A stretch of DNA of 64,000 nucleotides from an uncultured bacterium (GCA_964387845.1 CAYLXA010000008.1:32001-96000), one strand, 5' to 3'. Positions 7,877 through 17,718 are shown, counted from the stretch's first letter. Made by a program: numbers and translations. Notes: generated by a model from the sequence alone, not told the origin.

Positions 7877-9457
7877 ATGCAAAGCAGTAAGCAGAAAAAA
7901 GATTTGGCTGTCAAAATAACAAGTTGGTTTATGGTTTTTTCAATTTTGCTTTTTGATCCGGCGAGCTCCTTGGCGATCGAGAGAATGTTCAATGTGTCGC
8001 ATGCGTCACTTTCAGTGGTGGAATGGGCTAGCGTCATCAGAGGATTCTCCGAAGGATCACGAGAACAAGTTTGGAGTGTGGCGGTTGATTCTAACGATGA
8101 TATCGTGGCAGCCGGACAATTTGATTCTCTCGTTGATTTTAATCCGGGGCCCGGATATGACGAACGAGATGGAAACAATACGCCTTTTCTGACCAAACTT
8201 CATTCTGATAGGTCATATGGATGGACCAAAACATTTGAAGGAACCGGCATCATCTCCAAGATTTTTATTGATCATGAGAATCACATTATCGGTGTCGGGA
8301 GTTTTTCCGGAACATTTGATTTTGATCCGGATGTCAGGGAATATCTAATGACTTCAAACGGAGGGGTTTCTAACGACAATTTTATCGTCAAATTTTTTCC
8401 GGATGGATCTTTGGAGTGGGTGCGCACATTCGGCAGTCCGCTGGGACTGGAAAGTGTCCGAGATCTTTTTGTAGATGATGAAGGAAATATTTATGTATCG
8501 GGCTGGTTTACTTCGTCGCCGGAAAACCCGATTGATTTTGATCCCAGTGACGGCGTTGATATTCATTTTTCAAACGGTTTGTATGACGGATATGTCATGA
8601 AATTAAAGCCGGACGGTTCTTACGACTGGACAAAAACCGTTGGCGGCACCGGTTTGGATTGGATCGAAGCCGTAACGGTTGATTATGATCAAAATGTTTA
8701 TTACACGGGAACTTTTAATGGAACGGTTGATTTTGACCCGTCGCCCAGCGGAGTTTATTTGCTCGCATCACATGAGCAAACCGATGTGTTTGTCAGCAAG
8801 TTGGATAAAGAAGGGAATTTTGAATTCACCTATTCCATTGGCGGTAATGAGATAGAAGAAGTGACCGATATCGCAACCGGAATCGATGGAGATTTATTTA
8901 TTTTGGGCGCCTTTTCATCTCTTCAAATAGATTTTAACCCGCATTTTGAAGGAAGTGATTACTTAGAGCCGAAAGGCAATTATGATCTTTTCCTTACGAA
9001 AATGAAGTTTGACGGATCCTACGCTTGGACAAAAGTGCTGAGCGGAGAATCGGATGATCGAGGCGCGAATCAGTTGACGGTAGACCCAGACGGAAATGTT
9101 ATTATCGCGGGCGGGTTTTGGAAATTAATAGATTTTGATCCTTCGGGCAACGGCGTTTATCGAGACGCGGGAACTACCCATGATATTTATGCGGTTCAAA
9201 TCAGCCCGGAAGGTGTTTACCAGCGGCTGATCGTATTTCCTACCAACGGAAGTTATCCGGGCCGGAGTATCACAAGCGCCGCGACTTGTGCTGCGCTGGA
9301 TTCCAGGGGGGCTCTTGTGTTGGGGGGTTATTTTATATTTCCGGTGGTGCTAGGCGGCATTCTTTATTTGCCGAGCGGGTATGAGGGGTTTGTTTTAAAA
9401 TTAGATCCTTCTTGGGCAGGGCTAAGTGCCGGCCATTCAACCAGTGATCGCGGTTAA
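7877..9457 (+). CDS. secreted beta-propeller repeat protein (SBBP-like), paralog of the 4313 gene
   Basis: ATG 7877 with AAGGA 8 nt upstream (track's TTG 7871 is less likely). It has the same DFDP../..DGS(Y).WTK repeat architecture. Confidence 0.75.
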   Translation: MQSSKQKKDLAVKITSWFMVFSILLFDPASSLAIERMFNVSHASLSVVEWASVIRGFSEGSREQVWSVAVDSNDDIVAAGQFDSLVDFNPGPGYDERDGNNTPFLTKLHSDRSYGWTKTFEGTGIISKIFIDHENHIIGVGSFSGTFDFDPDVREYLMTSNGGVSNDNFIVKFFPDGSLEWVRTFGSPLGLESVRDLFVDDEGNIYVSGWFTSSPENPIDFDPSDGVDIHFSNGLYDGYVMKLKPDGSYDWTKTVGGTGLDWIEAVTVDYDQNVYYTGTFNGTVDFDPSPSGVYLLASHEQTDVFVSKLDKEGNFEFTYSIGGNEIEEVTDIATGIDGDLFILGAFSSLQIDFNPHFEGSDYLEPKGNYDLFLTKMKFDGSYAWTKVLSGESDDRGANQLTVDPDGNVIIAGGFWKLIDFDPSGNGVYRDAGTTHDIYAVQISPEGVYQRLIVFPTNGSYPGRSITSAATCAALDSRGALVLGGYFIFPVVLGGILYLPSGYEGFVLKLDPSWAGLSAGHSTSDRG

Positions 9458-9471
9458 GCGACTTAAATTCA

Positions 9472-9510
9472 GGGCAGTCCCAATTATCATTAAAACATTT
9501 GGGGCTGCCC
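9472..9510. terminator. hairpin repeat, family 2 copy 1 (gggcagtcccaatt..ttggggctgccc); probable terminator
   Basis: 12-bp stem 3' of the 7877 gene. Its second copy lies at 32717..32775. Confidence 0.55.
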
Positions 9511-9573
9511 CTGTTTCCCGCCTTCCTTCATTTTTTGTACCTTCCTGCCGTATTAATTGGTAAAATTACCGTC

Positions 9574-10626
9574 ATGACTAGAGACCAATTTATCTCAATA
9601 TTCTTCATCGCACTGCTCGTATTTGTCGTGTATCAGATTTTCCACATTTTCGCGCCGTTTGTTCGCGCGATTTTCTGGGCATCCATTTTGGTTTTTGCTT
9701 GCTATCCGCTTTACACCAAATTGCTGAAAGCAGTCAAAAACAAGCCGATTATTGCGTCTGTATTGATGACATTGGCGCTTTTCCTCATCATTGTTCCGAC
9801 CACTATTTTGATTGCTTACAATATTTCCGGGCAGGCGATCGAGCTTTATCAATCGGCCTCTGATTATGTGCGCGAAGGCCGTTTAAACGAATTGGTGGAG
9901 CAAGTCAAAACGAACACCGTTTTTCAGAGGTTGACACTCGGCGTTTTTCAATTCGAACCGATTGAAAAAAGCCTGAGCGAGTGGTTTTTGGATGCCGCAA
10001 GGTCAGTTGGAAATTATGCCCTGCTGCAGGGAAGCGTTGTTACAAGAAACATTTTTCTGGTTATTTTGAATGTCTTGCTGACATTCGTGCTTGCGTTTGT
10101 GCTTTTTAAAGACGGCGAAAAGGTTTATGAGTTTATTTATCAAATCGCGCCGCTTGAAAAATCCAGTAAAAAAAGCATCTTTGGGCAAATTAATGAAACA
10201 TTCGCTGCCGTGATTCGAGGCCAGCTGCTGACCGCGATTGTACAGGCTTCGATTGCCGGCGTTATTTTTTGGATTCTTGGGATCCGGCTGCCGCTTTTTT
10301 TCGCTGCGCTCACGTTTTTTACTTCTATGATTCCGATTCTGGGCGCATCGGCCGTTTGGCTGCCGCTTGCGGCCTATTTGGTGATTCAAGGCGAGAACAT
10401 GAGGGCCGGGATTTTGTTTGTCTTCGGCGTCGGCGTTATCAGTATTATCGATAATATTATGAAACCGGCGTTGATCGGCGAAAAGACAAAACTTCCGTAT
10501 TTTCTTCTGTTTTTCGGAATCTTAGGCGGCATCAAAGTTTACGGCCTCGTCGGTATTTTTATCGCTCCCGTGGTTTTGTCATTATTCTTCGCATTGGTTA
10601 AGATTTACGAAGAAAAATATTTATAA
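9574..10626 (+). CDS. AI-2E family transporter (PerM/YhhT-like, UPF0118)
   Basis: About 8 TM helices, the typical length, and conserved C-terminal GxxGxxxxPxxxxS..Y segments. Start is taken at ATG 9574 (MTRDQ...); the upstream in-frame extension overlaps the terminator hairpin. Confidence 0.8.
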   Translation: MTRDQFISIFFIALLVFVVYQIFHIFAPFVRAIFWASILVFACYPLYTKLLKAVKNKPIIASVLMTLALFLIIVPTTILIAYNISGQAIELYQSASDYVREGRLNELVEQVKTNTVFQRLTLGVFQFEPIEKSLSEWFLDAARSVGNYALLQGSVVTRNIFLVILNVLLTFVLAFVLFKDGEKVYEFIYQIAPLEKSSKKSIFGQINETFAAVIRGQLLTAIVQASIAGVIFWILGIRLPLFFAALTFFTSMIPILGASAVWLPLAAYLVIQGENMRAGILFVFGVGVISIIDNIMKPALIGEKTKLPYFLLFFGILGGIKVYGLVGIFIAPVVLSLFFALVKIYEEKYL

Positions 10627-10641
10627 CCTAGACTTTCCCCA

Positions 10642-11037
10642 ATGAATTGTCCTGCTTGTAAAGACCCGATGATTGCCATCGAACTTCAAAAAATAGAAGT
10701 CGACCATTGCGTTGCCTGCGGCGGCGTTTGGCTAGACTCGGGGGAACTCGAGCTTTTGCTGGGCGATTCCGAGAGCAAGAATCAATTATTCGAAACTTTT
10801 CGCTCAAGCGGTTTGCGTGAGAATACTAAAAAAAGTTGTCCGATTTGCTCCAAGAAAATGGAAGAAGTGCATTACAAAAAGGATGAAGACATTCTGCTTG
10901 ATTTGTGCCGCTTGAATCATGGCATCTGGTTCGATAAAGGAGAGCTTGAAAAAGTAATCCGGCTGAATGACCTTAACGGAAATTCAGAAGTGCTTAAGCT
11001 TTTGCAGGAAATATTTGCACATAGCGGTAAGCGATAA
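10642..11037 (+). CDS. zinc-ribbon (zf-TFIIB-like, two CxxC pairs x2) domain protein
   Basis: MNCPACKDPM..HCVACGGVW and a second CPICSKKM..LCRLNHGIWF unit. It is followed by the hairpin gcgttaagttattcaatcaacttaacgc. Confidence 0.6.
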   Translation: MNCPACKDPMIAIELQKIEVDHCVACGGVWLDSGELELLLGDSESKNQLFETFRSSGLRENTKKSCPICSKKMEEVHYKKDEDILLDLCRLNHGIWFDKGELEKVIRLNDLNGNSEVLKLLQEIFAHSGKR

Positions 11038-11110
11038 GCGTTAGGCGTTAAGTTATTCAATCAACTTAACGCTTACCCCTTAACACTTAACGCTGACAAA
11101 AGGAGGACTC

Positions 11111-11665
11111 ATGGAAGCTTTGTGGATTGTGCTCGGAGTTATCGTTGTGGTGGCCTTGTCCGTGATCGGAATTTTCAACGCGCTGATCGGAATGAAAAAT
11201 CAGGTGAAGAATGCCTGGTCGCAAATCGATGTGCAGCTCAAGCGCCGTTACGATTTGATTCCGAATTTGGTTGAGACCGCAAAAGGGTTTATGCAGCATG
11301 AGCGCCAAACGCTTGAAAATGTGACCAATGCCCGCGCACAGGCGATGGGCGCCGAAGGGGTTGCGGCAAAATCAAAGGCCGAAGGCGTTTTGAGCGGCGC
11401 AATCAGCAAGTTTCTGCTGACAGTCGAGAATTATCCGCAGCTGAAGGCGAACCAGAATTTTCTTTCGCTTCAGGAAGAATTGACATCAACGGAGAATAAA
11501 ATCGCATTTGCCCGGCAAAATTACAACGACCAAGTGCTCTTCTATAATAATAAAATCCAAATGTTCCCCTCCAATTTGGTCGCGGGGTTTTTTAATTTTA
11601 AAGCTGAGCAATCTTTTGAAATTGGCGATCAAGCTCAAAAGAGCGCTCCAGCAGTTAAGTTCTAA
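11111..11665 (+). CDS. lemA: LemA family protein
   Basis: N-terminal TM helix plus the conserved LemA body (QIDVQLKRRYDLIPNLVETAKG...ENYPQLKAN...R..YN). Confidence 0.85.
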   Translation: MEALWIVLGVIVVVALSVIGIFNALIGMKNQVKNAWSQIDVQLKRRYDLIPNLVETAKGFMQHERQTLENVTNARAQAMGAEGVAAKSKAEGVLSGAISKFLLTVENYPQLKANQNFLSLQEELTSTENKIAFARQNYNDQVLFYNNKIQMFPSNLVAGFFNFKAEQSFEIGDQAQKSAPAVKF

Positions 11666-11758
11666 GGGGTAAGTGGTAAGTGATAAGCGATGGGGTTAAT
11701 TTTCAAAAGTAGTTTTTATACTTACCACTTGGCCCTTACCACTTACAACTGAATAATC

Positions 11759-13192
11759 ATGTGGCAGCTTATCCAATCCAACCAGCGTAAATCGATTATT
11801 CTTGTCGTCGCGATGGCCGTGTGTTTGCTGCTCCTAGGCTATGTAATCGGCATGATGTTTGACCCTGCCCGCGGCGGCCTATATGGGCTTCTCGTCGCGT
11901 TTGTGGTCTGGCTCGTGATGAGTCTTGTGAGTTTCTATTCCGGTGATTCGATTTTACTTGCCGTCAGCGGTGCAAAAGAAGTGACGCCGGATATCCATCC
12001 GCAGCTTTTCAATGTGGTTGAGGAAATTAAAATTGCCGCCAATCTGCCGGTGATGCCGCGCATTTTTATCATGCCAGAGTCAGCGCCGAATGCGTTTGCA
12101 ACGGGCATTAAACCCGAGCGGAGCGCGATTGCTGTGACAACCGGCCTGCTGTCGAAACTTAACCGCGATGAGCTGCAGGGCGTTATTGCGCATGAAATTT
12201 CGCACATCATTAACCGCGACGTTTTGTATATGACGATGGCCGGCGTGATGCTCGGAAGCATTGCGCTCATTACGCAGGTGTTTACGCGCGGAATGTGGTA
12301 CACAGGCAGTGCTTCGAGGCGGTACCGTTCAGGCTCCATCCGAGGCGGCGGCCAAATTCAGGTCCTGATTTTTGTTTTGTCGATTATTTTCATCATTCTC
12401 GCGCCGATTTTAGCGCAGCTTTTGTATTTTTCGCTTTCCAGAAAACGGGAATATCTGGCGGATGCTTCAGGCGTCCGCCTGACGCGCTACCCGGAAGGGC
12501 TTGCCTCTGCGCTCGAGAAAATCGCCGCGTCAGATTCTGAGATTTATGCGGCCAATGAAGTAACGGCTGCCATGTTTATCGAAAATCCGTTCACAAAAGA
12601 AAATCGTTTTACGAGCCTGCTGGGAACTCATCCGCCGATCCGGGAAAGAATCAAAATTTTGCGCCATATGTCGCAAGGCGCCAGTTTGGCCAACTATGAA
12701 ACCGCATTTCGCTCCGTAAAAGGAAATTCCGCGGCCGCGATTCCGGCGATGAGCCTTCAGGATGAAAAAGAAATATCGCTTCGAGCGGCGCATGCGGACG
12801 CAGGAAAGCCATTTGAAGAGCCGGAATCCAAAGAGTCCGTGCGCGATGCAACCGATTTGCTGCGTGCGGTCAGCGGATTTGCATTTTTAGCGTGTACTTG
12901 CGGCATTAAATTCAAAGTTCCCGCCGATTTTAACCGGCCTGAAATTATTTGTCCGCGCTGCAGCCGGATTACGGAAGTGCCGTTTGCCATTTTGGCCGGC
13001 GCTGCGATGGTGCATCAGGGAAGCGACGCATCCGGACAAAAAACAGCCGAAGAGCCGCAGGTTTACAAGCGGAAGGGCGAGGGCTGGGAATCGTTTTCCT
13101 GCCGCTGCACCAAGCTGCTTCAGCTTTCTCCGCAATTTCTAGCGCCGCAAATGACCTGCAGTGCCTGCGGCCGCACCACCTTGATTCAATAA
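11759..13192 (+). CDS. M48 family zinc metalloprotease (HtpX-like) with C-terminal duplicated zinc-ribbon extension
   Basis: HEISHI (HExxH) motif and TM helices. The ~130-aa C-terminal tail has two CxC/CxxC ribbon units (LACTCGIKFKVP..ICPRCSRI / FSCRCTKLL..TCSACGRT). Confidence 0.85.
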   Translation: MWQLIQSNQRKSIILVVAMAVCLLLLGYVIGMMFDPARGGLYGLLVAFVVWLVMSLVSFYSGDSILLAVSGAKEVTPDIHPQLFNVVEEIKIAANLPVMPRIFIMPESAPNAFATGIKPERSAIAVTTGLLSKLNRDELQGVIAHEISHIINRDVLYMTMAGVMLGSIALITQVFTRGMWYTGSASRRYRSGSIRGGGQIQVLIFVLSIIFIILAPILAQLLYFSLSRKREYLADASGVRLTRYPEGLASALEKIAASDSEIYAANEVTAAMFIENPFTKENRFTSLLGTHPPIRERIKILRHMSQGASLANYETAFRSVKGNSAAAIPAMSLQDEKEISLRAAHADAGKPFEEPESKESVRDATDLLRAVSGFAFLACTCGIKFKVPADFNRPEIICPRCSRITEVPFAILAGAAMVHQGSDASGQKTAEEPQVYKRKGEGWESFSCRCTKLLQLSPQFLAPQMTCSACGRTTLIQ

Positions 13193-13270
13193 GCCATTTT
13201 TCACTTTAAAAAATCAGAGAAGCGTGCGATAATTTTTCGTCTTTTTAATCTTGAATCAAGGAGATGAGCC

Positions 13271-13849
13271 ATGAAGAAATTATTAAACAGTGTTTTGATT
13301 TTATCCGCATTTTTGATTTCATTTTCGTCTGTTGCAGCGGCCGCGGCGTATGAAATTGACGAATCACATTCAAGCGTTGCTTTTAAAGTGAAGCATTTTG
13401 TATCGATCGTCAGAGGCAATTTCGAAAGTTTCAAAGGTACTGTCGAATTTGACGAAGCAAATCCGGCCGCATCTTCCACAAGCGTCAGCATTGATGCAAA
13501 AACCATCAACACAAGCAACGCAAAGCGCGATGAGCATTTGAGAAACCCCGACTTTTTTGAAGTCGAAAAATATCCGCAAATCACATTCACAAGTACAAAA
13601 GTTGAAGACGGAAAAATTACCGGAAATCTGACGATGCACGGCGTCACAAAAGAAGTGGTGCTGGATTACACATTCAATGGAACCGCGACCGATCCGTGGG
13701 GAGGCCAGCGCGCAGGTTTTTCGGCCACAACCGAAATCGACCGAAAAGATTTCGGCATTACCTTTAATAAGGTGCTCGACAACGGCGGCTTGATGCTCGG
13801 CGAAAAGGTCCAAATAGAGATCGAAATCGAAGCTGTGAAGAAATCGTAA
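13271..13849 (+). CDS. yceI: YceI family periplasmic protein
   Basis: Signal peptide plus the YceI-like body (YEIDESHSSVAFKVKHF..V.G.F..F.G...FD). Confidence 0.85.
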   Translation: MKKLLNSVLILSAFLISFSSVAAAAAYEIDESHSSVAFKVKHFVSIVRGNFESFKGTVEFDEANPAASSTSVSIDAKTINTSNAKRDEHLRNPDFFEVEKYPQITFTSTKVEDGKITGNLTMHGVTKEVVLDYTFNGTATDPWGGQRAGFSATTEIDRKDFGITFNKVLDNGGLMLGEKVQIEIEIEAVKKS

Positions 13850-13883
13850 GATTCTTGCTATTTCAGCCGATATTTCTATCGGC

Positions 13884-15212
13884 ATGGCACATCAGCTGAA
13901 GCGGGAACTTCATTTTTGGGATTCGGTTGCGATCAATATTGGCATCATCATCGGCGTCGGTATTTTCCGGGTTCCGGCTGAAGTTGCCAAACACCTCACC
14001 AATCCCGCCGTCATTTTATCCGCATGGGTCATCGGCGGCGCGATTGCGCATTTTGGCGCGCTTTGCTACGCCGAACTTTCATCTCGTTATCCGCATACGG
14101 GCGGCACCTATGTGTTTATCCGGGAAGGTTACGGAAACTTAGCTGGGTTTCTCTTCGGCTGGACCGAAATCGTGATCTTGAGGGCCGGTTCGATCGCAGC
14201 CGTTGCCTACGTTTTTTCCACCTATCTTCAAAATTTTTTGCAGCTCGGGCCGTGGGGCGAAAAAATCATCGCCATCGGCTTAATCACTGTTCTGACTTTC
14301 ATTAATATTCTGGGCGTGAAGCTGGGAACGCGAATTCAAAATGTTTTCAGCTCGCTGAAAGTACTCACAATTTTAGCGATGTCGGCCGCCATTTTCTTCC
14401 TGGCCGCTAAATCATCAAATGCCTCTGTTTTTACTTTCCCGAAATTTGAAACCGCACAGCTCAATTCACATTCATTGTTCTTATTCGCCGCGGCAATTGT
14501 TCCGATTTTATGGACTTACGGCGGCTGGCACGAAAGCGCTTTTATGTCAGGCGAGTTTCGCGACACCAAGTGGGAACTTCCGGCGTCGCTTTTGACAAGC
14601 GCGCTAGTCGTTACCATCCTTTATGTGACGATCAATATCGCGTATTTGCAGGTGATTCCGCCTTCTGAGATGGCAGGCACAAAAGCGATTGCATCCGAAG
14701 TGTTCCGCCGCATGTTCGGCTCTACCGGAACTATTATCATGACAACCGCAGTCCTCGTTTCATCCGTCGGCGCGCTGAACTCGACGATTATGACCGGCGG
14801 GCGAATTCCGTTTGCCGTGGCATCCGATTATCCGAAATTCAAATGGGTTGCTCAAGTTGATTCCAAATTTGAAACGCCCCGGAGGTCGCTCGAAATCAAC
14901 GGCATTTGGGCGGCGGCGCTGGTTTTGTTCGGTAGTTTTGAACAGCTGGTTTATTTCTGCCAATTCGCACAATGGCTTTTTTTCGGACTTGCGGGATTTA
15001 GTATTTTTATTGCCCGCGCAAAGCAAAAACAAATGGAAGCTTTTTCGATGCTCGGCTATCCGTTTATTCCGGCCGTCTTCACTTTGATCGCGATCGGCAT
15101 TTGCGCTTCCATTATTTGGTATACGCCGCAGGCTTCTTTTGTCGGTGTGGCTCTTATTTTATTAGGAGTTCCGGTTTACCACTGGGTGAAGGGCGCTCAA
15201 CATTCAAAATGA
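13884..15212 (+). CDS. APC superfamily amino-acid permease
   Basis: 12 TM helices and the conserved N-terminal LKRELHFWDSVAINIGIIIGVGIF signature. Confidence 0.85.
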   Translation: MAHQLKRELHFWDSVAINIGIIIGVGIFRVPAEVAKHLTNPAVILSAWVIGGAIAHFGALCYAELSSRYPHTGGTYVFIREGYGNLAGFLFGWTEIVILRAGSIAAVAYVFSTYLQNFLQLGPWGEKIIAIGLITVLTFINILGVKLGTRIQNVFSSLKVLTILAMSAAIFFLAAKSSNASVFTFPKFETAQLNSHSLFLFAAAIVPILWTYGGWHESAFMSGEFRDTKWELPASLLTSALVVTILYVTINIAYLQVIPPSEMAGTKAIASEVFRRMFGSTGTIIMTTAVLVSSVGALNSTIMTGGRIPFAVASDYPKFKWVAQVDSKFETPRRSLEINGIWAAALVLFGSFEQLVYFCQFAQWLFFGLAGFSIFIARAKQKQMEAFSMLGYPFIPAVFTLIAIGICASIIWYTPQASFVGVALILLGVPVYHWVKGAQHSK

Positions 15213-15231
15213 TTAGCCGAAAAATGAATCT

Positions 15232-15852
15232 ATGGGCATCTTAGATTTTGCGGTACTTTCGTTTACTTCGTTATTCGTGATCGTTGATCCTTTTTCGAGT
15301 TTGCCGGCGTTTTTAGTGATGACGCAGCGAAACTCAATTGATGAACGCATGCGGATGGCCGGGCTTGCGTCAATCGTGACGTTCTTTATTCTGGTAATTT
15401 CCTACATTGCGGGGCTCCAAGTTCTGCAGGCTTTCGGCATTACCGTCACGGCGTTTGAAATCGCGGGCGGCATCATTCTTTTGATTATCGCGCTTGACAT
15501 GCTCCAGGCGAAAAGAACGGCAATTAAAGAAACACCGGAAGAGCAGGCAGAGGGCGTCAGCAAAGAAGACGTGGCCATTACGCCGCTTGCGATTCCGATG
15601 CTCGCGGGCCCGGGTGCCATCACGGCCGTGATTCTTTTAAGCAGCCAGGCCGAAAGCTTTGTGCATCACAGCATCGCGCTTTTGAGTATATTACTTGTAT
15701 CACTTGTGACTTTTTTTGTGCTTTGGACTGCCGCAATAAAGTCGCACATGTTTTCGCGCATCACGATGAAAATTATTACGCGCGTGATGGGCCTTCTGCT
15801 TGCCGCGGTTGCCGTTCAGTTCATCATCAACGGCGTCCAGAATATTCTTTAA
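15232..15852 (+). CDS. marC: MarC family (UPF0056) membrane protein
   Basis: FVIVDPFSSLPAFLVMT signature, 6 TM helices, ~200 aa. Confidence 0.8.
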   Translation: MGILDFAVLSFTSLFVIVDPFSSLPAFLVMTQRNSIDERMRMAGLASIVTFFILVISYIAGLQVLQAFGITVTAFEIAGGIILLIIALDMLQAKRTAIKETPEEQAEGVSKEDVAITPLAIPMLAGPGAITAVILLSSQAESFVHHSIALLSILLVSLVTFFVLWTAAIKSHMFSRITMKIITRVMGLLLAAVAVQFIINGVQNIL

Positions 15853-15859
15853 TCGGAAC

Positions 15860-16633
15860 GTGGAACTCTTCCTGATTTGCCTCACGGCTTTAACGGCTTC
15901 GTGCCTGACACTTTTCTCCGGATTCGGGCTCGGAACCATCCTGCTGCCGGTTTTTGCGCTTTTTTTTCCGCTTGAAACCGCAGTTGCCGTGACCGCGATC
16001 GTTCATTTTTTGAATAATCTATTCAAACTGAAATTTTTCGCGCATCACGCGGATTTCAAAATCGTTCTCCGGTTCGGAATTCCAGCCGTGATTGCCGCAT
16101 TTTTCGGCGCAAAACTTCTTCAAATTCTTTCCGGCGCAGCTCCTTTTTATACCTATTCAATCGGTTCCAAACTCGCGGAAATGACGCTTTTAAAAATCGT
16201 GATCGCACTGCTTTTGGTATTTTTTGCGCTGCTTGAAATTTTTCCGGTTGAAAAGCGCCTGAAATTTGACAGCCGGTTTTTGCCGGCCGGCGGATTTTTG
16301 AGCGGATTTTTCGGCGGGTTGTCCGGAAATCAAGGTGCCTTCCGGAGCGCATTTTTGGCGCAGCTTCCGATTTCGAAGGAAGCGTTTATCGGCACGGGAG
16401 TCGTGATTGCGTGTTTGATTGATTTCATGCGGATTTACGTTTATAGTGCTACTTTCCTGGCAGGTGATTTACGGGAACAGGCAGTTTTGATTTTGGCGGC
16501 TGCGGCTTCGGCATTTTTGGGTGTTTATGCGGGCGCAAAACTTGTCCATAAAGTGACCATGGCGGCGATTCAAAAAATCGTAGCAATTTTACTTGTGATT
16601 TTAGCAGCCGGAATTGGTTCCGGAATTTTATAA
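15860..16633 (+). CDS. TauE/SafE family sulfite exporter-like membrane protein (DUF81)
   Basis: Duplicated 4-TM halves with GxGxGxxxxP motifs. The start is uncertain: the track begins at 15800 inside marC, and GTG 15860 is the first plausible in-frame start after the marC stop. Confidence 0.7.
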   Translation: MELFLICLTALTASCLTLFSGFGLGTILLPVFALFFPLETAVAVTAIVHFLNNLFKLKFFAHHADFKIVLRFGIPAVIAAFFGAKLLQILSGAAPFYTYSIGSKLAEMTLLKIVIALLLVFFALLEIFPVEKRLKFDSRFLPAGGFLSGFFGGLSGNQGAFRSAFLAQLPISKEAFIGTGVVIACLIDFMRIYVYSATFLAGDLREQAVLILAAAASAFLGVYAGAKLVHKVTMAAIQKIVAILLVILAAGIGSGIL

Positions 16634-16642
16634 GGGTGAAAA

Positions 16643-17566
16643 ATGGAATTTAATCAAATTTTATTGTGGACAGGGTTTGGCGTTTTCGTGGTCGCGATGC
16701 TGGTGCTTGATTTGGCGGTATTTCATAAGAAAGCGCATGCCGTAAAAATCAAAGAAGCGCTCATGTGGAGCGCCATTTGGATTGCGCTCGCTTTATTTTT
16801 TAATATCGGCGTTTATATTCACAAAGGCCCCGACACGGCGCTCAGGTTTTTAACCGGCTATCTGCTCGAGAAGTCGTTGAGTGTTGATAACCTCTTTGTT
16901 TTCTTGCTGATCTTCCAATATTTTCAAGTTCCGCAGAAATACCAGCACAAAATTCTTTTTTGGGGGATTTTGGGCGCTCTGATTTTCCGCGCTATTTTCA
17001 TAGCCGCCGGCATTACGCTGATTCATAAATTCCATTGGATTATTTATGTTTTTGGCGCGATTTTGATTTGGACGGGCTTGAAGCTGGCGCTCGAGAAAGA
17101 AAAGGAAGTGGAGCCGGAAAAAAATATCGTCCTTAAGATTTTCAAGAAGTTGATGCCGATTGCAAACCAATATGAAGGCGAGAAATTTTTTATCAAAAAA
17201 GACGGCCGAAATTTTGCGACACCGCTCTTTGTCGTGCTGTTAGTGATTGAAACGACGGACGTTATTTTCGCCGTAGATTCAATTCCCGCGATTTTGGCGA
17301 TCTCGCACGATCCGTTTATCGTTTATACATCAAACGTGTTTGCCATTTTGGGCCTCCGGGCGCTTTATTTTGCGCTTTCAGGCGTCATGCAAATGTTCAA
17401 ACACCTTCACTACGGGCTTGCTGCGATTCTTGTGTTTGTCGGTACTAAGATGCTGATTTCTGAGTTCTACAAAATTCCGATTTGGATTTCGCTAAGCGTT
17501 ATCGCATTTATCTTGTGCCTTTCGATTATTGCGTCTACCTGGAAATTACCTGAAAAACGCGCGTAA
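16643..17566 (+). CDS. TerC family membrane protein
   Basis: TerC/Alx-like pattern of TM helices and conserved D/E residues (SVDNLFVFLLIF, ETTDVIFAVDSIPAI). Confidence 0.85.
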   Translation: MEFNQILLWTGFGVFVVAMLVLDLAVFHKKAHAVKIKEALMWSAIWIALALFFNIGVYIHKGPDTALRFLTGYLLEKSLSVDNLFVFLLIFQYFQVPQKYQHKILFWGILGALIFRAIFIAAGITLIHKFHWIIYVFGAILIWTGLKLALEKEKEVEPEKNIVLKIFKKLMPIANQYEGEKFFIKKDGRNFATPLFVVLLVIETTDVIFAVDSIPAILAISHDPFIVYTSNVFAILGLRALYFALSGVMQMFKHLHYGLAAILVFVGTKMLISEFYKIPIWISLSVIAFILCLSIIASTWKLPEKRA

Positions 17567-17639
17567 AATCCGGTTTGCATTGAATCCGATTGTGAAATTT
17601 TATAAAATGACACCGGAATTATTGATTGTTAATAGTTGT

Positions 17640-17718
17640 GTCATCCTGAACGAAGTGAAGGATCTAAGTTCGTAGACCCTTCGCTCTGCTCAGGGTGACA
17701 GGAGTTGCTCAGGATGAC
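17640..17718. mobile_element. solo miniature copy (MITE-like) of the GIY-YIG element inverted repeats
   Basis: gtcatcctgaacgaagtgaaggatc + 11 nt + acccttcgctctgctcagggtgac + gctcaggatgac. The IR sequence and the partial terminal duplication match those flanking the GIY-YIG gene at 22509..22888. Confidence 0.6.

Noticed and set aside
12295-13209. Cluster of overlapping short ORFs on both strands within the M48 protease gene
   Set aside because: Embedded in the HExxH protease ORF; no independent support.
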